The translations under genes were made by a program, and so were the position numbers. From contig CAWFQB010000004.1 in NCBI GenBank assembly GCA_963817895.1, positions 192,001 to 256,000 of the forward strand: a stretch of DNA of 64,000 bases, read 5' to 3'. The DNA comes from an uncultured Chthonomonadaceae bacterium. GTDB taxonomy: Bacteria; Armatimonadota; Chthonomonadetes; Chthonomonadales; Chthonomonadaceae. This document shows positions 52,278 through 62,529 of this stretch, piece by piece; the stretch's first letter is position 1, and each line of letters opens with the position of its first letter. The notes under the pieces are model-generated. The model ran no database searches. It was given only the letters and a program-made list of their open reading frames with translations, and was not told where the DNA came from.

Positions 52278-53043
52278 CGCGCTGTTCCTTATTTACAGGG
52301 GTGGGGGCAGGAGGCAGGGAAGAAGTTTGAGGTGGTGACAGTTGACTTGTAATGCGGGGGAGGGGATTCCGCCATAACCGAAACAGGATACCGGCTGCCG
52401 CAAGGAACTGTTTTGCCCGGTGCAGAATCGCGCCCCACGTTCGCCCGGTCACGCGGTGCGACATCTGCGTCGGCACTTCCTGAACCCGATAGCCCTGCTG
52501 CAAGGCGCGAACCGTCAAAGCCACTTCCACGCCCCACCCGGACGCGAAGCCGCCGCCGTTCACAATCACCTCGCGCCGAATAGCCCGTTGCCCGGAAAGC
52601 GGGGCCTGCATAGTTCGTCCGGTAAGCCTGCGTATGCCCCACCGCGATAGTTTTACCACAAGCCCCATGCCGCCGCCCTTGCCCGGAATGACGGGGAAAG
52701 TGGCAATCGTCATGTCAGCCTGTTCAGCCAAAACAGGGGCGAGCAACAGTCCTGCATTAAACGCCGTTGACCCTAAATCCGCGTCAACCAGCAGCACAAT
52801 ATCGCCGCTCGACATGGCAAACCCCGCCTGCAACGCCGCGCCCTTGCCCGCGTTAGTCTGCCGCAATACCACATCCGCGCCCCCGGCTTCGGCAAGGTGG
52901 GCGGTATCGTCCGTAGAGCCATCGTCTACCACGATAATTTCACCGATTGAGACTGCATCCGCGTCCGAAAGGGCTTGCAGCGCCCGAAGCGTTTGCCCGA
53001 TGAATTCGGCCTCATTATATGCGGGAATGATGATGGAGATCAT
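52270..53043 (-). CDS. GT2 glycosyltransferase
   Basis: IIPAYNE, VVDDGSTD, GKGAA, DAD and PLSGQR motifs. Confidence 0.92.
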   Translation of the reverse strand: MISIIIPAYNEAEFIGQTLRALQALSDADAVSIGEIIVVDDGSTDDTAHLAEAGGADVVLRQTNAGKGAALQAGFAMSSGDIVLLVDADLGSTAFNAGLLLAPVLAEQADMTIATFPVIPGKGGGMGLVVKLSRWGIRRLTGRTMQAPLSGQRAIRREVIVNGGGFASGWGVEVALTVRALQQGYRVQEVPTQMSHRVTGRTWGAILHRAKQFLAAAGILFRLWRNPLPRITSQLSPPQTSSLPPAPTPVNKEQRDG

Positions 53044-53978
53044 GGCGTGGAATTGGCGAGAGCGGTGACAAGCTGCCAGCGGCCCGGATCGGTGTTGGCG
53101 CGTTCAATGGCGGTCAGGGCGAGGCCGGCGGCGTGGTACGCGGTAAAACTGGAAGTAGTCACATCCTGCGCTTCACAGGCGTACACGGGAACCCCGGCTT
53201 TTTGCAGCGCGGCAATCAGCGGCACATCCACATTCTGCGCCAGACTTGTGGCTTCGCTGCGGCTGCCGGTCAGCAGAATCACCGCCCGCGCAGGCGCATC
53301 ATAACGGCTGTCCGGTTCGCTGCGAAGAAATCCGGCCTCCTGTAACTCCGACATGAAGGTTTTGGAAGCCGAGTCGCTATTTGAATTTGCGCCGTTGGAA
53401 TTCGCGTTGTCTGTTGCGCTGTTGTTCGGTATATCTCTGGAAGCGTCTGAATTGGCAGGCACATTCTTCGTTGCGGAGGGCGGTGACTCGCCGGACTGCA
53501 AAATGGAGGCGAAACGGGCAACAAGTTCTGCGCGGTCAGCAGGAAAGCGGTTGTTGCCTACCCGCTGTTCCGTTAAACGGGGCAGAAGCAATTCGTCCGG
53601 CTGATTGAAGGGCCGTTCCAGCAGGGTAATGGAAACCACGCGCGCCCCGGCCTGCGTCAGCGTGTCGCGTATGTCGTTTGTCAGTCCGCTCGCGTCTGCC
53701 GACGTTTGCACAATCGCCAGAGAAAGCCCGCTCAATCGGCCTTTTAGCGCAAAGGGAAGGGATTGATGCAGGCTTGTTTGCAGCGTGTCCCGCTCCTGCT
53801 TCACGTCCAGCGTGTTCTTTTCCAGTATTGCCTGCGACTTTTTCAGCGCTTCAATGGCGATAACCGTGGTTTGCGGCACGCGGGGCGAACCGAAAAGGCT
53901 GCCGACAACAAGGCCAATCGTCAGCGCGAAAAAGATGGCGGCAATTGTCACCACATGGTATTTGAAGCCGGGTCCCAC
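53040..53978 (-). CDS. steB: SteB/MctB (DUF3186) family protein
   Basis: FKYHVVTIAAIFFALTIGLVVG N-terminus; coiled coil; operon with steA. Confidence 0.8.
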   Translation of the reverse strand: MGPGFKYHVVTIAAIFFALTIGLVVGSLFGSPRVPQTTVIAIEALKKSQAILEKNTLDVKQERDTLQTSLHQSLPFALKGRLSGLSLAIVQTSADASGLTNDIRDTLTQAGARVVSITLLERPFNQPDELLLPRLTEQRVGNNRFPADRAELVARFASILQSGESPPSATKNVPANSDASRDIPNNSATDNANSNGANSNSDSASKTFMSELQEAGFLRSEPDSRYDAPARAVILLTGSRSEATSLAQNVDVPLIAALQKAGVPVYACEAQDVTTSSFTAYHAAGLALTAIERANTDPGRWQLVTALANSTP

Positions 53979-53979
53979 G

Positions 53980-54489
53980 CTACTGTTTTTTCCTTTGCGC
54001 TTCGCGTCGCTGCTGCCGGTTTACCGGCGTTGTATTGGGACGGGCGGCGTTGCGGGCATCCTGCATGCTTTTGCGAACCTGCTGCGGCGTCATGGGCGGC
54101 TGTTTCGCGGCCTGCTGTTTCATCTGATCCATCAGTTGCTTCTTAATCAGCGGAACTAGCCGGTCTTTGAATTTGAACACCAGCAACGCGACAACCAGGC
54201 CCAATACCAGCAGAACAATTCTGGCAATCAGTGAGGGAATAAGGAAAATTCCCATCAGAAAGAACGCCACGCCGACGCCGCCCGTCACCTGACTGATGGT
54301 AGGCAATCGTTCCAGCATTTGAAGCGATTTTTTCACTTTGGGATCGGACTCGGCCATTAATGCGTGAAGCTGGCGCGGAAACCCGTCCATAAACGACTTG
54401 ACGGCCTTACGCGCCGACATCATCACGGTTGCGGCGACCATCGCCACCGTGCCAAGCAGAAGAAGCAGAATTGCAAGCGCTATGCCCAT
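53980..54489 (-). CDS. Hypothetical membrane protein
   Basis: 3 TM segments; NRQQRR tail. Confidence 0.7.
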   Translation of the reverse strand: MGIALAILLLLLGTVAMVAATVMMSARKAVKSFMDGFPRQLHALMAESDPKVKKSLQMLERLPTISQVTGGVGVAFFLMGIFLIPSLIARIVLLVLGLVVALLVFKFKDRLVPLIKKQLMDQMKQQAAKQPPMTPQQVRKSMQDARNAARPNTTPVNRQQRREAQRKKQ

Positions 54490-54596
54490 TAGTTGACCCT
54501 TTTGCCCTCACCCCCGCCCCTCTCCCAAAAAGGCTTGGGAGAGGGGAGACTGATTACTTAGAAGATGGGACGAATGTAAACTGTTTTTGAAGTAAG

Positions 54597-55772
54597 TTAT
54601 CTGTGAAAATGGATGCGAAGCCAGACGCCGAGGGCTTGCAGCAGAGTTTGCCCGCCGGTTGTCAGCAGAAATGTGGCGATAATGGGCGTGGCTGCCGCGA
54701 AAATCACGAGAACAATGCTGCCCATATTGACCCGGTTGCCTTTCCACAGGCGGGCAATACCTTTGGCGTCTACCAGTTTTGAGCCGATGCGCAGGCGCGT
54801 CAGAAACGTGCTTGCCATCCCGCGCCGGCCCTTGTCAAGAAAATCTTCCAGACTGAAGTGCGTTCCGACCGCCACAATCAATTGCGCGCCGAGTTCATCC
54901 GCCAGCAGCATCGCGACATCTTCGCTCGTGCCTGACGCATGGAAAACCGTCGCTTCCACGCCCAACGCCTGCGTCCGTTCCAGGCCGGGAACGCCACGCG
55001 CATCGCCCCTCGCGTAGCCATGCACAATGATTTCCGCGCCGCAACGCAGGGCGGCGTCGCTCACGCTATCCATGTCGCCCAATATGATGTGTGGGCGCAG
55101 GCGGGCTTCCAAAAGCGCGTCTGCGCCGCCATCTACCGCGATCAGAACGGGGCGAACATCCCGAAGATACTGATGTAGCAGGGCTAGATCGTCCTTATAA
55201 CCCTCGCCGCGCACTACAATAAGCGCATGTTTGTTGTGAAAACTTGTTCTCAACTTCGGCACATCAACCGGATCGAACAACAGCGCCTTTTCATTATTGA
55301 GATATTCCAGCGTATTGCGCGCGAAATGATCCAGTTCCACGCTGAGATTTTCGCGCGCCGCTTCCATCTGCCGCGCAACCAGTTCGGGCGTCAGCAGTGT
55401 GCCGTGAATACAGGCTCCGTTTTCCAAACGCAGGCAGTCGCCGTTGAGAGTTGCTGCGCTGCCATCGGCAATAGCATCGAACGCCTCAATGCCGATGTTG
55501 TCGAGCAGAGGAATACCGGCTTCCAGCAGCACGTTCGGGCCGCGATTGGGATAGCGACCGGAGATGCTCGGCACGGCATTTACGACAGCGGCAACATGGC
55601 AATCCACCAGAGCGCGGGCCGCAGTCGAATCGAGGTCGGCGTGATGAATAACCGCCACCTCTCCCGGACGCAATCGTCGCGTCAGGTTCTTGGTGCGTTT
55701 GTCTTTACGCGCCCGCAGCGTGGGCGCGTTTGTCGAAGGCGTAGACAGCGTTTCTCTGCTCAACAGGGGCAT
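54597..55772 (-). CDS. steA: SteA family (thiamine-pyrophosphokinase-like) protein
   Basis: DKRTKNL..RL.PGEVAVI.H.DLD, SGRYPNRGP, VDGGADAL, GDMDSVSD and FLDKGR.GMASTFLTRL motifs. Confidence 0.9.
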   Translation of the reverse strand: MPLLSRETLSTPSTNAPTLRARKDKRTKNLTRRLRPGEVAVIHHADLDSTAARALVDCHVAAVVNAVPSISGRYPNRGPNVLLEAGIPLLDNIGIEAFDAIADGSAATLNGDCLRLENGACIHGTLLTPELVARQMEAARENLSVELDHFARNTLEYLNNEKALLFDPVDVPKLRTSFHNKHALIVVRGEGYKDDLALLHQYLRDVRPVLIAVDGGADALLEARLRPHIILGDMDSVSDAALRCGAEIIVHGYARGDARGVPGLERTQALGVEATVFHASGTSEDVAMLLADELGAQLIVAVGTHFSLEDFLDKGRRGMASTFLTRLRIGSKLVDAKGIARLWKGNRVNMGSIVLVIFAAATPIIATFLLTTGGQTLLQALGVWLRIHFHR

Positions 55773-56040
55773 ATCAACAACACCAGACCATCGTAGCGCC
55801 TGAGTTCAGCGTTGCAGACGGATTTCGGAACATGCAAACGCTTCAAGCATTATGCGGATTTTAGCGGCAATTGTCAACGGCAATGCGGCATGTGCCGCCG
55901 AACAAAACCCTCTATCTGGTACAATACATCACTTAACTCTGCATACGTTAGCGAGAGGAGAGGCGTTTCGAGAAAAGCCTGTAACTCGCGCTGCGCAGGC
56001 AAACAATTCTAAACGTAGATTTTGTGAACGGATGCGAACC

Positions 56041-56412
56041 ATGCCGGATACCATATTGATTGAGGGGCTGGAGTTCTACGGCTATCACGGCGTTCCTGAC
56101 GAGGAACAGGCCATCGGACATCGCTACGGCGTGGATGTTCGGCTCACGGTAGATACGCGCCACGCCGCGCAAACCGACAATGTGAAAGACACGACAAACT
56201 ATTCCAAAGTGGCGCGCGCGCTTATCGAAGTTGGCACGAAAACGCAATTTCGCCTACTGGAACGCCTTGCCGAACGTATGATACAGGAGATATTCGCGAA
56301 TTTTGAACAAGTTCAGGCGGTAAACTTGTGCCTGCGCAAACTGATGCCGCCGATGAACGTGATTGTTTCGGCTGTCGGCGTGGAAATCACGCGGCAGCGC
56401 ATCGAGGAGTGA
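56041..56412 (+). CDS. folB: Dihydroneopterin aldolase
   Basis: FYGYHGVPDEE, NYSKV and LLERLAE motifs. Confidence 0.95.
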   Translation: MPDTILIEGLEFYGYHGVPDEEQAIGHRYGVDVRLTVDTRHAAQTDNVKDTTNYSKVARALIEVGTKTQFRLLERLAERMIQEIFANFEQVQAVNLCLRKLMPPMNVIVSAVGVEITRQRIEE

Positions 56413-56419
56413 ACCTATC

Positions 56420-57511
56420 ATGTTACAGCAGCCTTTGCCTGTGGAACTGACGAAATTGACGCCGGAAGAAACGGACGCGCGCATTGCCCGCGCCCGCCGG
56501 TGTCTGGGCGAAGACCTGATTATTCTGGGCCACCATTACCAGCGGGATGAGATTATTAAATGGGCGGATTTTCGGGGCGACAGCCTGAAATTGTCCCAAC
56601 TGGCCGCGCAACACCCGGAAGCTAAAACCATTATTTTTTGTGGCGTTCACTTTATGGCCGAGTCCGCCGATGTGTTGACAACGGATGAACAGGTTGTGAT
56701 ACTGCCCAATATGAGCGCGGGCTGCTCTATGGCGGACATGGCGAACATCCGGCAGGTGGAGGACGCCTGGGAAGACATTGGCAGCGTAACGGATACCTCC
56801 AAAATCATTCCCATCACCTACGTCAACTCCACAGCGGCTATCAAAGCCTTTGTGGGGCGCAATGGCGGGGCGTGCTGCACCTCCTCCAATGCGCGAAAAG
56901 TGATCGAATGGGCGTTCGCGAACGGCGAAAAACTGATGTTTTTCCCCGACCAGCACCTTGGCCGCAATACGTGCGTCGCGCTCGGCCTTGACCCCGACAA
57001 AGACATGCTTTTATGGGACCCGCACAAGCCGTTCGGCGGCAATTCGCCCGAAGATGTGGCAAGCAAAAAAGTGCTGCTGTGGAAAGGCCACTGTTCCGTT
57101 CATGCCCGCTTTACCGTCGAGCAGATCGCGAAAGCGCGGCAGGATTATCCCGGTGTTCAGGCCATCGTCCACCCGGAATGTTCGCTGGACGTGGTACGCG
57201 CTTCAGATTTGAACGGCTCGACAGAATACATTATTGATACGATCCGCAAAGCGCCCGCAGGCACAACATGGGCGGTGGGAACCGAAATCAATCTGGTCAG
57301 CCGACTCGCCCACGAGATGCCCGATAAAACGATTTTCTGCCTCGACCCGGTGGTGTGTCCCTGCTCCACGATGTACCGCATCCATCCGAGCTACCTGCTG
57401 TGGACAATGGAAAACCTGCTGGAAGGCAAAATCGTCAATCAGGTAAAGGTGAAGACGGAAATCGCCGATGATGCGCGGCTGTCCCTGAACCGTATGCTGC
57501 AAATTACATAA
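56420..57511 (+). CDS. nadA: Quinolinate synthase
   Basis: GHHYQRDE, FCGVHFMAES, AGCSMAD, GHCSVH, HPEC and CPCSTM motifs. Confidence 0.97.
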   Translation: MLQQPLPVELTKLTPEETDARIARARRCLGEDLIILGHHYQRDEIIKWADFRGDSLKLSQLAAQHPEAKTIIFCGVHFMAESADVLTTDEQVVILPNMSAGCSMADMANIRQVEDAWEDIGSVTDTSKIIPITYVNSTAAIKAFVGRNGGACCTSSNARKVIEWAFANGEKLMFFPDQHLGRNTCVALGLDPDKDMLLWDPHKPFGGNSPEDVASKKVLLWKGHCSVHARFTVEQIAKARQDYPGVQAIVHPECSLDVVRASDLNGSTEYIIDTIRKAPAGTTWAVGTEINLVSRLAHEMPDKTIFCLDPVVCPCSTMYRIHPSYLLWTMENLLEGKIVNQVKVKTEIADDARLSLNRMLQIT

Positions 57512-57512
57512 C

Positions 57513-57647
57513 TCACCACAGAGACACAGAGACACAGAGGCTTCACAGAGAAAAGCAGAGGGAATGATATGAAAGGGGCCGTTGATCTTCTCCTTTTCTC
57601 TTTTTCCCTCTGTGAAACCTCTGTGTCTCTGTGTCTCTGTGGTGAAG
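57513..57647. repeat. Inverted pair of CTCTGTG-family repeats between convergent nadA and rqcH
   Basis: tcaccacagagacacagagacacagagg... / ...cctctgtgtctctgtgtctctgtggtga. Confidence 0.85.
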
Positions 57648-57649
57648 CA

Positions 57650-59512
57650 TTATCCCGGCGTAACATCCAGCGTTTGTTCGTTCAGGTAGTCGGCGGCTCC
57701 CGGCGCGGAACCGCGCGGCTTGCGGACGTACTTTTTGAGCGTGTAGTCTACCGAGACAAGGGACGAGTGTTTCTGCTGGCTGTGCTGGGCGCAGATCAGG
57801 GCAGCGCGTTCCAGAACGGGGCGCGGCACTTCGTAGGGCTTGCCATGTGAACGGACGACGACGTGCGCGCTGACGGCGGCGCGGACATGCAGCCACCAGT
57901 CGTTAGGCGCGGCGACGCGCAGGGTAAGATAATCGTTGGCGGTCGCGCTCTCCCCAACCAGTATGTCGAATCCCCGCTCATGGAAACGCCGGATTTTATG
58001 TCCGGCGAATTCCGATTCGTTGCCGCGTTTGGAACTGTCGTTTCCGGCGGCAGCGGCCCGTAAAACGTGGCGGGCCAGCAGGTCGGCGCGTAAAGCGCGT
58101 AATTCTTCTTCCGTATGCGCGTGGTTCAGGGCGGCCATTGCCACGCGAAGTTCCTCGCCTTGATCTGCTATGCGAATGTTGTCTTCAAGGGCGCGTTCCT
58201 CGGCGTCCCGCGCCTTGCGATACCGCTTGAAGTAGTGGTCGGCATTCTCCTGCGCATTCAAGCGCGGGTCCAGTTCGATGCTGCGGTCAGGAAAGTTCGG
58301 ATCGTAGTAATCCTGAACCACAATCTCTTTTGCGCCCGTCTGGTATTTCCACAGGTTGGCGAGGATCAATTCCCCGGTTTGTTTATACAGTTCGCTGCGC
58401 TCCGCTTCGGCAAGCGTTTTCAGGACGGATTGCAGTTGTCGCTCGACGCGCTTGCTTTCCTGCTGCAACTGGCCGCGCAGTTCGCCCGCAATGGCGACAA
58501 ACCCCGCCTGTTCCGCCTGAAACGTAAACGCATCGTCAAGGGCAGCGTTCAGCGAGGCAACGGGTGTCTGGCGCAGGTTCGGCAGGCGCGTAATTGGAAT
58601 GGGGTAAGCGCCGATGACGTGACCGGCTTCGTCGCGTATTTGGATGGGGCTGACCTCACCCCAACCCCTCTCCTTGCCGCGCAACGCGCCAGGAGAGGGG
58701 CTATCTAAGTTGAAAGTTTGTGTCCACAATGCCGTTAGCGCGTCCTTTAAATTGGAGGAGGGCATGGAAAGAACTTCTGAAACCTCTTCCGCGCTATTGT
58801 TTAGTTGAGCCGCAAACCTGTGCGCCATTTCTCGCGCCAGAAAAGGGGACAGGCCGACATACAGCGACAGCAGCATGTCGGCAAACTCCTGCTGTGATAT
58901 GTGCAGGTTTGAGCCGATTTCTTTGACCAGAAACGGCACGGCGTCGCGCACAAACGGGCTGACCTTATCGGATTGTGTGGGCGGCGGCTGATAGACTAGA
59001 CCGGGCAGAATTTCGCGGACGCGGTTGATGCGCTTGCTGATGCGCTTAACGGCGTCTAAAATTGTGCCCTCCTCGTTGATTAAAATCAGGTTGCTGTGTT
59101 TGCCCATCAGTTCTGCAACGAGGGAGAACGTTTGCGCCTCCTCTTCCGGGTTCCGAGGCCCTACCTCGATTTCCAGTATCCTGTCGAAACCGATTTGCCG
59201 AATATCGCGTATCCACGAATCTTCCAGATATTTTCGCAGCACCATGCAGAAGTTCGGCGGCGTGGACGGGTTGGGGCGTCGGCGCGTGGTCAGGTGCGCG
59301 CGGGCGAACTGCGGGTCAACCGACAGCAGCAATACATGCGTTTTGTTCAGGTTGCGAACCGTCAGGGTAATATCCGCAGGCGCGGGCTGCCGTATCTCCT
59401 GTATCTGCCCGCCAACGAGCAGTGAACCTAATTCCTCCACAACGCCGCGAAGTGTCAGGCTGTCGAAAGGAATTTTAGCGGTATTGGGTGTTTGTTTTTC
59501 GGTGTTCGGCAT
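57650..59512 (-). CDS. rqcH: RqcH/FbpA (NFACT) ribosome quality-control protein
   Basis: PFDSL, FCMVLRKYL, FDRI, ELMGKHSN, ENADHYFKRY and N D.LT...DWWLH motifs. Confidence 0.92.
   Translation of the reverse strand: MPNTEKQTPNTAKIPFDSLTLRGVVEELGSLLVGGQIQEIRQPAPADITLTVRNLNKTHVLLLSVDPQFARAHLTTRRRPNPSTPPNFCMVLRKYLEDSWIRDIRQIGFDRILEIEVGPRNPEEEAQTFSLVAELMGKHSNLILINEEGTILDAVKRISKRINRVREILPGLVYQPPPTQSDKVSPFVRDAVPFLVKEIGSNLHISQQEFADMLLSLYVGLSPFLAREMAHRFAAQLNNSAEEVSEVLSMPSSNLKDALTALWTQTFNLDSPSPGALRGKERGWGEVSPIQIRDEAGHVIGAYPIPITRLPNLRQTPVASLNAALDDAFTFQAEQAGFVAIAGELRGQLQQESKRVERQLQSVLKTLAEAERSELYKQTGELILANLWKYQTGAKEIVVQDYYDPNFPDRSIELDPRLNAQENADHYFKRYRKARDAEERALEDNIRIADQGEELRVAMAALNHAHTEEELRALRADLLARHVLRAAAAGNDSSKRGNESEFAGHKIRRFHERGFDILVGESATANDYLTLRVAAPNDWWLHVRAAVSAHVVVRSHGKPYEVPRPVLERAALICAQHSQQKHSSLVSVDYTLKKYVRKPRGSAPGAADYLNEQTLDVTPG
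58651..58700. repeat. REP-like element inside the rqcH reading frame
   Basis: Near-identical to 50482-50531; translated as SPSPGALRGKERGWGEVS. Confidence 0.85.
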
Positions 59513-59589
59513 AGTAGTTTCAATGATTGCACAGGAAAAACCGCCCGTCAAGGGGAAAGATAAGGACAAATTTCAAGAGGTAGATTATT

Positions 59590-61633
59590 ATGCGATTCGG
59601 CGCGGATTATTATCCTGAGCATTGGCCGGAACAGCGTTGGGAAACGGATGCCCGCTTGATGCGGGCAGCGGGCTTTAATGTAGTACGCATGGCAGAGTTT
59701 GCCTGGGCGAAACTGGAACCGGAAGAGGGTACATACGATTTCGACTGGCTGGACAAGGCGATTTCGCTGTTGGGCAGGCACGGAATTCAGACCGTGTTGG
59801 GGACGCCGACCGCCATTCCACCCGACTGGCTTGTGGCGCGACACCCCGACATTATGCCCGTTGATGAGCGCGGCCTGACGCGGCGCGAAGGGACGCGGCG
59901 GCACTATCGCTATGGCAGCAAGGCGTATCAGGATTTTTGCGCCCGCATTGTCCGCGTCATGGCGGCACACTATTCCGACAACCTGGATGTCATCGGCTGG
60001 CAGATAGACAACGAATGGGGCTGTCACAGCACGACGTATGATTACAGCGAAGAGTCAAGGCTGCAATTTCAAGCGTGGCTGCGGCTAAAGTACGAGAGTT
60101 TGCATGAACTGAACCGGCGGTGGGGAACCGTGTTCTGGAGCCAGACATTCCATACGTGGGACGCGATTCCTCTGCCCTGGTACGCTCCCGCCGATCACAA
60201 CCCGTCTCTGATGCTGGATTTTCAGCGCTGGTCGAGCGATACGGTGGCGGATTTTCAGCGGATGCAGATTGAGATTCTGCGCCGCGCCAACCCCGATTGG
60301 TTTATCACGCACAACTTCATGGGCGCGTTTGACGAAGTGGATGGCGCGGCATTGTCGCGTGACCTTGATTTTGCCTCGTGGGACAATTATCCGCTGACGA
60401 CGTGGGGCGGCAGCAAGGTCGAATCTGAGTCACGCCGCATTTGCCCACGACATTACGCGCGGGTTCAAAAACCGCAACTTCTGGGTGATGGAGCAGCTTG
60501 CCGGCCCGACCGGAGCGGGAACCCTGTCTCCCACGCCGCGCCCCGGCCAGATTCCGTTTCTCGCCTGGCAAGCTATCGCGCATGGGGCGGACGGGCTGGT
60601 ATTTTTCCGTTGGCGAACGTGTCCCTTCGGAGCGGAGCAATACTGGCACGGCATTCTGGAGCATGACGGCAGCGCGCGGCGGCGCTACCGGGAAGTGGCG
60701 GGAATGGGGGCGCAACTGGCGCTTGTCGGCGCGGCTATCGAAGGGGCGAGGGTTCCCGCCGAGATCGCCATTCTGCGCGACTTCAACTCGTGCCGCGCGT
60801 ATCGTATCCAGAAGCAGACGCCGGGTTTCTCCTACGACGGCGAACTGGAAAGCTACCATGCCGCCCTGCGAACCTCGCATCTGCCCTGCGATGTTGTCGG
60901 TTCCGAAACCGATTTTAGTTGGTATAAAGCCTTATTAGCGCCCTGCCTGCATCTTGTCAGCGAAGCAACGGCGGCGCGACTGCGAACCTGGGTGGAAAAC
61001 GGCGGCGTTCTGCTTGGCGGGTTCCGGTTTGGCGTGAAAGATGTGGATAACAGGGTCGTGGAAACGCCCCTGCCCGGACTGTTGCGCGATGTTTTTGGCG
61101 TGATGGTGGAAGAGTACGACGCGATGGGAACCACGCTTGTCAATCACGTTTCACCCGGACTGACACAAACCGGTGGGCATCTGCTCGGCAGTCACGGCTA
61201 TGAAACCCGCCTGTGGTCGGACGTATTGCGCATCGAAAGCCCAACTGCGGAAGCGCTGGCGCGTTATGACCTGGATTACTACGATGATCAGCCCGCGATT
61301 ACGCTGAACCGGGTGGGTAAGGGCTGCGCCATTTATGTGGGAACCAGTTCGCCCAACAGCCACTTTTACGACGCGCTTGTCCGCCTGATAACAACCCGCG
61401 CCAACATCCAACGCCCCGCGCCCGAACTGAACGCGCCGCCCTGGATAGAGCTGATGCCCCGCATAACACCTTCAGGCCGCACCCTGATGTTCGCGCTGAA
61501 CGGGAGTTCCGAACCCTCCGGCATAGAGGGAACCGAAGGCTACGTCAATCTGCTTGCGGACGGGGAAGCGGAACCGCTCGGCCCGCAACTTTTCCTGCCT
61601 CCCTGGGGCGTCGCGCTGCTTGCCAAAACTTAA
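59590..61633 (+). CDS. GH42 beta-galactosidase (frameshift near 60425)
   Basis: GADYYPEHW, AEFAW, WQIDNE, SWDNYP and FFRWR...EQYWHG motifs. Confidence 0.93.
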
Positions 61634-61848
61634 CACGCTCTTAACAAGTACGTTACAAACTTCTACGTAACTTTTTCAGGTTTATTCCGTCCAATACTTT
61701 GTAATCTACGGACGCGCTTGCCTGTCCGGTTGCAGGCCGACCCGGAAATATGCTATAATGGCGCGAAAACTGTGAAATCATCAAGCCACCTGTCCCCGTA
61801 TAAGAACTGTGCTTCGCGGGGCGGGAACGCTTGCTGGAGGTAGCGTCC

Positions 61849-62415
61849 GTGCCAAAAGTAGATACCGCCGACTTCAAAAACGGCCTGTCGTTTATTCTGG
61901 ATGGCGACATTTGTACGATTATCTGGTTTCAGCACCACAAGCCCGGTAAGGGCGGAGCGGTGATGCGAACCAAGTTCCGCAACCTGCGTTCCGGCGCGAC
62001 CGTCGAGCGCACGTTCAACGCGGGCGAAAAATTTGAACAGGCGATTCTGGATCGTCACCCGATGCAGTACCTGTATCATCAGGACGACGAGTACGTGCTG
62101 ATGCACCCGGAAACCTTCGATCAGGCCAGCGTCAGCAAAGCCGCCTTCGGCGACGGTATCAAATACCTCAAAGACGGCGTGGAAGTGAACGTTCTGGAAC
62201 ACGACGGCAAAATTCTGAGCTGCGAAGTTCCCAACTTCATGGAATTAGAGGTTGTGAACACCGACCCCAGTTACAAGGGCGATACGGCTTCAGGCAGTTC
62301 CAAGCCCGCCTCACTGGAAACCGGCGCGGTTATCAATGTCCCCTTCTTCGTAAACATCGGCGACAAAGTGAAAGTGGATACGCGCTCTGACACGTATCTT
62401 GAGCGAGTCAAGTAG
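61849..62415 (+). CDS. efp: Elongation factor P
   Basis: HHKPGKGGA, KGDTA, LETG and VPFFV motifs; GGAGG RBS before GTG. Confidence 0.97.
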   Translation: MPKVDTADFKNGLSFILDGDICTIIWFQHHKPGKGGAVMRTKFRNLRSGATVERTFNAGEKFEQAILDRHPMQYLYHQDDEYVLMHPETFDQASVSKAAFGDGIKYLKDGVEVNVLEHDGKILSCEVPNFMELEVVNTDPSYKGDTASGSSKPASLETGAVINVPFFVNIGDKVKVDTRSDTYLERVK

Positions 62416-62529
62416 TCCCGGGGGCTATACGAACCCCGATCCATCGGGAGCTTGCCGCATGCGCCTGTTTGTTTCTTGATGCAATACCCACCGCGCGCCG
62501 GAGCCTGGCTTCGCGCCGCATAGAAACAG

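Noticed and set aside
3526..61633. Frameshifts in about 12 unrelated genes (PEP-CTERM, CHAT, anti-sigma, C39-TPR, fucI, DUF5615, both amidohydrolases, GH42 and others) as programmed frameshifting or mass pseudogenisation
   Set aside because: No shared slippery motif, and the flanking protein sequence looks otherwise intact; most parsimoniously sequencing or assembly indels. Raw reads are needed to confirm.
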